From: Aureicoccus marinus
GTDB taxonomy: Bacteria; Bacteroidota; Bacteroidia; Flavobacteriales; Flavobacteriaceae
Length of the DNA: 64,000 nt
Assembly: GCF_002954325.1 (NCBI RefSeq)
Contig: NZ_MQVX01000001.1
Location: 251,546 to 315,545 of the forward strand
Direction: 5' to 3'
Shown here: piece after piece, positions 59,030 through 64,000 of the stretch
Layout: every line of letters starts with the position of its first letter
Position numbering within the stretch: position 1 is the first letter of the stretch
Made by a program: the position numbers and the translations under genes
The notes under the pieces: model-generated
What the model saw: only the letters and a program-made list of their open reading frames with translations
Databases searched by the model: none
What the model was told of the DNA's origin: nothing

Positions 59030-59968
59030 ATGGACAACATCCTTGTTGTTGATAGGGTTTCGAAGAAATACGGGGATTACACGGCACTCAACCAACTCTC
59101 ACTCGAAATTCCTAAGCACTGCATATATGGCCTTTTAGGTCCTAACGGAGCGGGAAAAACTACCCTTATTCGGATTATAAATCAAATCACCTATCCAGAC
59201 ACTGGATCTGTTTATTTTGATGGGGAATTACTCGAACCCCAGCACATTGCTCAAATTGGCTATTTGCCCGAAGAAAGAGGGCTCTACAAGAGCATGAAAG
59301 TGGGAGAACAGGCTCTTTACTTGGCCCAGTTAAAAGGGCTGAGTAAGACAGAAGCAAAAAAGCGGTTGAAATTCTGGTTTGAACGCCTCGAAATTGGTGA
59401 TTGGTGGAACAAAAAGATACAGGAGCTTTCTAAAGGGATGGCTCAAAAAATACAGTTCATCGTCACTGTCCTTCACGAACCAAAACTCCTGATTTTTGAT
59501 GAGCCTTTTAGTGGCTTTGATCCTATCAATGCCAACAAAATAAAGGAAGAAATTATCTACCTCAAGGAGCAAGGCACCTCTATTATTTTTTCGACTCACC
59601 GCATGGAATCGGTTGAAGAGCTCTGCGAGTATATCACTTTGCTCAATGAATCCGAAAAAATTCTGGACGGAAAGCTTTCTGACATTAAAAAGGCCTACAA
59701 GAACAATACCTATCAGGTGGGGGTGCGTCTCAATGTGGGTGAAGAACAGGCCTTGGCACGATTGCAAGGTCAATTGAAGATTTCCAACAGTGCCTATGAC
59801 AAACAAGAAAATCTCTTGGATTTTACCTTGAATCTTCCCAGTCCGGATACACACCAGGCCCTTCAAGTAATCAATGGTTTAGGAATGCTCAGTCATTTTG
59901 AAGAGACCATTCCCTCAGCGAACGATATTTTTATCAGAACCGTAGAAGAAAAGCAACAGCATGGGTAA
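59030..59968 (+). CDS. ABC transporter ATP-binding protein
   Basis: Walker A GPNGAGKTT, signature LSKGMAQK, Walker B LLIFDEP. ATG at 59030 (the track's start at 58967 is a TTG). Confidence 0.85.
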   Translation: MDNILVVDRVSKKYGDYTALNQLSLEIPKHCIYGLLGPNGAGKTTLIRIINQITYPDTGSVYFDGELLEPQHIAQIGYLPEERGLYKSMKVGEQALYLAQLKGLSKTEAKKRLKFWFERLEIGDWWNKKIQELSKGMAQKIQFIVTVLHEPKLLIFDEPFSGFDPINANKIKEEIIYLKEQGTSIIFSTHRMESVEELCEYITLLNESEKILDGKLSDIKKAYKNNTYQVGVRLNVGEEQALARLQGQLKISNSAYDKQENLLDFTLNLPSPDTHQALQVINGLGMLSHFEETIPSANDIFIRTVEEKQQHG

Positions 59969-61299
59969 ACTCGGTCTGATCATCAAAAGAGAATACCTGG
60001 CCAAGGTCAGGAACAAGTCCTTTATCATTATGACTTTTCTCAGCCCGGTGCTGATGGTGGCCATGGTGGTACTTATTTCGTTTTTGGCCAAGGTCAATGA
60101 CAGCGAGAAACGGGTCATTTCGGTCCTTAATGAATCGTCCTACCTGCTGGAGCTTCGAAACCAACCAAAGTATTTCGTATGTGTCTCTGCGTGATATCGA
60201 TTTGGAGCAGGCCATCGATTCTACAAGATCTTTGGGATTTTATGGGCTCCTGCACATCCCAGATGAACCCAGTTTGGAACAGGCGGCAGACAGCGCTTAT
60301 TTGTACACCAAAGACAGCCCTGTGAGTTTTGTTCTAGAGCAGCTCGAAGGGGTGTTCGAAAGTGAATTGCGTAAAAAACGCCTACAGGATCTTGGGCTAA
60401 GTCGAAGTGAATACTTGCAAGTGGATCGGTCCTTTGAGATTCGGGCATCGACCTTTAGTGGGGAGGCCAACATAAAAGGAGTGAGTGAAATTAAAGCCTT
60501 TATCGGAGGAGGATTTGGGTATATGATTATGATGTTCATTATCATATACGGTGGATTTGTCATGCGCTCGGTCATTGAAGAGAAAACCAGCCGCATTATC
60601 GAAGTGATCATTTCTTCGGTGAAGCCTTTCCAGCTGATGTTGGGTAAGATTATTGGCACCTCATTGGCAGGGGTTACTCAATTTGCAATTTGGATTGTTT
60701 CGGCCAGTATTTTATTGGTTATCGCCTTATTAGTTTTTGGGATAGACCCCAGTATTTTGGTCGACCGCTCTAATATGTCTGCTGTTTCTGCGGGCATGTC
60801 ATCAGACCTTTCGCCTGAAGTATTTGAGCGGGTTCGCATTATAGGAAAGGAAGTTTTGCGCATTCCTTGGGTCAGCCTGCTTTTCTTTTTCCTCCTGTAT
60901 TTCGTGTTAGGCTATCTGATTTACAGCTCGATTTATGCGGCTATTGGTGCGGCGGTCGATAACGAAACAGACACCCAGCAGTTTATATTTCCGATTATTT
61001 TGCCCTTGATGTTGGCCATTTATGTGGGCTTCTTCTCGGTATTCAGTAATCCTCACGGGCCTATAGCGGTAGGCTTCTCCCTCTTTCCGTTGACTTCGCC
61101 GATTGTCATGTTAATGCGACTGCCGGCCGGAATCGGTGAGAACGGCGTCCCGGTTTGGCAATTGGTGGTTTCCATCCTCTTGCTGATCCTGACTTTTTTG
61201 GCCATTGTCTGGCTCGCAGCAAAAATTTACCGGGTGGGAATTTTGATGTACGGCAAGAAACCGACCTATAAAGAGTTATGGAAGTGGCTCAAATATTAA
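59961..61299 (+). CDS. ABC-2 type transporter permease, interrupted by an apparent 1-nt frameshift near 60160-60185
   Basis: ORF 59961..60194 encodes the N-terminal TM helix of an ABC-2 permease (start overlaps the ATPase stop). ORF 60097..61299 continues it in another frame (...ETNQSISYVSLRDIDLEQ...) with 5 further TM helices. The junction is at aaccaaccaaag. Confidence 0.7.
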
Positions 61300-61315
61300 T
61301 TACTTTGACAGTGTA

Positions 61316-62215
61316 ATGGAGGAACTTCGCAGCTTTTTTGAAAGGGACATTTGGGGAAAGATTCAAGAGGTCTTGAATTGGGGCTTTCACTTTAATGTAG
61401 GAGAGAAAGAAATTCACCTCACCATTGGCCTAATTCTGTTGGTCATCGCCGTTTATGTCGCCACCCGCATCTTGCTCAAGTGGTTGAGACGATTACTGAC
61501 TCGGAAGATGAACGAAGAAGACAAACTGAAATTCATCAGCGTCTTCAAATTCACCGATTACATCATTTACCTCACCGTGATCCTCTTAACCTTAAACGCA
61601 GCGGGGATTAATGTGACCGTTATTCTTACCGCTTCCGCTGCCTTATTGGTTGGTTTGGGTCTTGCTTTGCAGATTTTATTTCAGGATATCTTGGCAGGTA
61701 TCCTTATTATCGTAGACAAGAGTGTCAATGTAGGGGATGTGGTGGAAGTGGATGAAAAAGTCGGGAAGGTATTCGAAATCAAACTGCGAACGACTCGTGC
61801 CATTACCCGCGACGATAAGGTGGTCATCATTCCCAACCACAAGTTTATTACCGATACTGTTTTTAACTATACCCAAAACCACCGTACCACCAGAGAAAAG
61901 ATTTCGATAGGTGTTGCTTACGGGAGTGATGTAGAGAAAGTCGAAGAGATTCTGATCTCGGTTGCCGAAGACCAAAGCGGGGTATTGCAAAATCCGGAGC
62001 CCTTTGTGCTTTTTGAGGATTTCGGGGATTCTGCCTTGCTCTTCACTTTGCAATTTTATATCAATGATAGTTTTCAGGTTCCTCGCTTAAAGAGCCGTAT
62101 GCGATTTACGATAAATGAGCGTTTTAATTCGGCGGGTATTCGTATTCCTTTTCCACAAAGAGACGTGCATTTGTTTTCTTCGGAAGGGAATTCATCCAGC
62201 CCTTCGAACCCATGA
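61316..62215 (+). CDS. Small-conductance mechanosensitive channel (MscS family)
   Basis: TM helices followed by the MscS beta-domain signature (...GDVVEVDEKVGKVFEIKLRTTRAITRDDKVVIIPN...). Confidence 0.85.
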   Translation: MEELRSFFERDIWGKIQEVLNWGFHFNVGEKEIHLTIGLILLVIAVYVATRILLKWLRRLLTRKMNEEDKLKFISVFKFTDYIIYLTVILLTLNAAGINVTVILTASAALLVGLGLALQILFQDILAGILIIVDKSVNVGDVVEVDEKVGKVFEIKLRTTRAITRDDKVVIIPNHKFITDTVFNYTQNHRTTREKISIGVAYGSDVEKVEEILISVAEDQSGVLQNPEPFVLFEDFGDSALLFTLQFYINDSFQVPRLKSRMRFTINERFNSAGIRIPFPQRDVHLFSSEGNSSSPSNP

Positions 62216-63109
62216 GGAAACCTTTTGCATCCTTGATTTATTTTCGGCCTACCGTTCTGTTCTCTTGCCTTTTATGGGCCATGTCCTCCTGTATGGCTCA
62301 AAGTACAGACCTTTTGCGATTGGAGTACCTTCAAATTCCTTCGAATGAAAGTGGGGTACGCACTAGCCGAATCAAGGCACTCGCCAATGTTCCCATTTTT
62401 TGGATTCGACCAATGTTCTCTTCGCAGGTTTAGAGTACAACCGATTGCAATTTAATTACGAGAATGAATTGGATTTTTCGACCGCTGCGATCGAAAATTC
62501 TCGATTATCGATTTGAATCTGGGCTACCTGACCGATTGGAATGAAAAGTGGAAGTTTATTGGAATTTTGACCCCCAGGGTGGCCTCCAACTTTCAGGAAG
62601 GGTTAAAAGCCAGAGATGTCTTTTTGAATGCGACAGCAACGCTGTGGAAAGAACAAAATAAAATAGAGAAGCCTTTTCGGCTTATTCTCGGTTTGACATT
62701 CAACAGCACCAGTGGATTGCCGGTACCTTTACCCTTGGTCAACTACACCCGGCGCTTCCGCCCGAATTGGTCCTTTACCTTAGGGGTCCCCAAGATGGAA
62801 ATACGCCACTGGATACGCCCCCAACAATCCATTTTTGTCGAAACAAAACTGGATGGCTACTTTCTCAATATCCAAAACGATCTGAATCTGGGAAACGGCG
62901 ATATTGCCTCCCGGAATTCTCTTTCGGCCCTAATTGTGGGAGCCGGCTACGAATACCAGATCGGAGACCGCCTCAAGTTCTACGCCCTTGGAGGGACTAC
63001 TTTGATCCAGAACGCGATTTTAAGGGACCGCCAACGCAACAATTTACTTACCCTGAACAACCAAATGAGCTTCTACTTTAAAAGTGGTGTTAAGCTCAGC
63101 CTTTTTTAA
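62212..63109 (+). pseudogene. Outer-membrane beta-barrel-like protein disrupted by at least two frame changes (near 62396-62401 and 62495-62515)
   Basis: Three consecutive protein-like segments in three different frames: a signal-peptide part (frame of 62212), then ...DSTNVLFAGLEYNRLQFNYENELDFSTAAIENSRLSI (second frame, 62367-62517), then NLGYLTDWNEKWKF... to a C-terminal ...SGVKLSLF (frame of 62513). The first shift is at a T6 run. Confidence 0.5.
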
Positions 63110-63133
63110 TCCAGAAGGAGTTAAATTTGGATT

Positions 63134-64000
63134 ATGTCGAGAATTCTAATTATTGAAGATGAATCCAGTATACGCCGTGTACTGGTCAAAATATTAGGGG
63201 AAGAAAACTCCCAGTACAAAGTATTCGAAGCCGAAGATGGAGCGGCTGGTTTGGCTATGGTTAAAAAGGAGGATTTTGATTTGGTTCTCTGTGATATCAA
63301 GATGCCTAAAATGGATGGAATTGAGGTTTTGGAAGCCAGCCGTAAGGAAAAGCCTGAAATTCCCTTCATCATGATTTCCGGACACGGAGACCTTGATACG
63401 GCGGTGAATGCTATGCGTCTCGGTGCCTTTGACTACATCTCCAAACCCCCAGACCTGAATCGCTTATTGACCACTGTTCGCAATGCTTTGGATCGGAAGG
63501 TTTTGGTTCAGGAGAATAAGATCTTGAAGAAAAAGGTCAGTCGCAATTATAAAATGATTGGCGAAAGCCCTGAAATACAACAAATTCAGGGGATAATCGA
63601 AAAGGTTGCGCCCACCGATGCCCGGGTATTGATTACCGGTCAAAATGGAACAGGAAAGGAATTGGTTGCCCATTGGTTACACCAAAAGAGCGAGCGTTCT
63701 GCCGCTCCCTTGATCGAAGTAAACTGTGCGGCTATACCAGCCGAATTGATTGAAAGTGAGCTTTTTGGTCACGTCAAAGGGGCTTTTACTTCTGCTGTGA
63801 AGGACCGAGCGGGTAAGTTCGAAACCGCGCACAAAGGAACCCTCTTTTTGGACGAGGTCGGCGATATGAGTTTGTCGGCTCAGGCCAAGGTGCTTCGAGC
63901 TCTGCAGGAGAACCGAATTTCCAGAGTAGGTTCTGATAAGGACATCAAAGTCGATGTTCGGGTCATTGCTGCAACCAATAAAAATTTAAAAGAAGAAATT
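63134..64000 (+). CDS. Sigma-54-dependent two-component response regulator (NtrC/Fis family), 3'-truncated by the window edge
   Basis: Not in the ORF track because it has no stop in the window. Translating from the ATG at 63134 gives a receiver domain (ILIIEDE...LCDIKMPKMDG), then an AAA+ sigma-54 interaction domain (Walker A GQNGTGKE, GAFTSA, ESELFGH). It stays open to nt 64000. Confidence 0.85.
   Translation, partial: MSRILIIEDESSIRRVLVKILGEENSQYKVFEAEDGAAGLAMVKKEDFDLVLCDIKMPKMDGIEVLEASRKEKPEIPFIMISGHGDLDTAVNAMRLGAFDYISKPPDLNRLLTTVRNALDRKVLVQENKILKKKVSRNYKMIGESPEIQQIQGIIEKVAPTDARVLITGQNGTGKELVAHWLHQKSERSAAPLIEVNCAAIPAELIESELFGHVKGAFTSAVKDRAGKFETAHKGTLFLDEVGDMSLSAQAKVLRALQENRISRVGSDKDIKVDVRVIAATNKNLKEEI

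Noticed and set aside
1-64000. CRISPR arrays, insertion sequences, integrases, phage genes, toxin-antitoxin pairs
   Set aside because: I searched by eye for regularly spaced direct repeats, transposase or integrase-like ORFs, and terminal inverted repeats. None were found. The only repeat structures are the operator-like palindromes reported above.

Overview
The window looks like a chromosomal segment from a Bacteroidota genome: genes have no Shine-Dalgarno sequences, there is a TonB-dependent receptor and a type II glutamine synthetase, and GC content is moderate. I found no transposases, integrases or CRISPR arrays. Core content, start to end: (1) a laminarin-utilisation cluster with two GH16 laminarinase lipoproteins, a GH3 beta-glucosidase, an M19 dipeptidase, an esterase and a YegP protein, next to a NUDIX/NrtR-like regulator whose divergent promoter carries two 21-bp palindromic direct repeats. 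(2) A roughly 0.8-kb degenerate region, then an ECF sigma/anti-sigma/secreted-protein cassette that ends at a 3' remnant of an S41 peptidase gene. (3) A tightly coupled four-gene module of uncharacterised function (Cys-rich DUF4856-like lipoprotein, imelysin-like protein, HTTM-domain membrane protein, TonB-dependent receptor). (4) Miscellaneous membrane proteins, tRNA-Arg(ACG), apt, and an SPFH/flotillin gene. (5) A BlaI repressor / BlaR1-like M56 sensor / M23 peptidase module whose promoter has a striking ACTA-N6-TAGT operator array. (6) Housekeeping genes: Na+/Ca2+ exchanger, GSII, purM, prfA, pyrF, the fused isobutyryl-CoA mutase IcmF, an Lrp regulator, glnK-amtB-porin, crcB, ilvE, mnmD, grpE-dnaJ, an ABC transporter, MscS, and a 5' partial sigma-54 response regulator. 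A recurring theme is that at least four genes (tricorn protease, BlaR1-like, ABC permease, an outer-membrane barrel) are broken by single-base frameshifts, mostly at homopolymer runs. That pattern points either to homopolymer sequencing errors or to real pseudogenisation. Coordinates are read from the 60-nt line labels; in at least one place (near 19190) the ORF-track coordinates and my letter count disagree by 1 nt, so positions I derived by counting (adjusted start codons, terminators, operator sites, frameshift sites) may be off by 1 nt.
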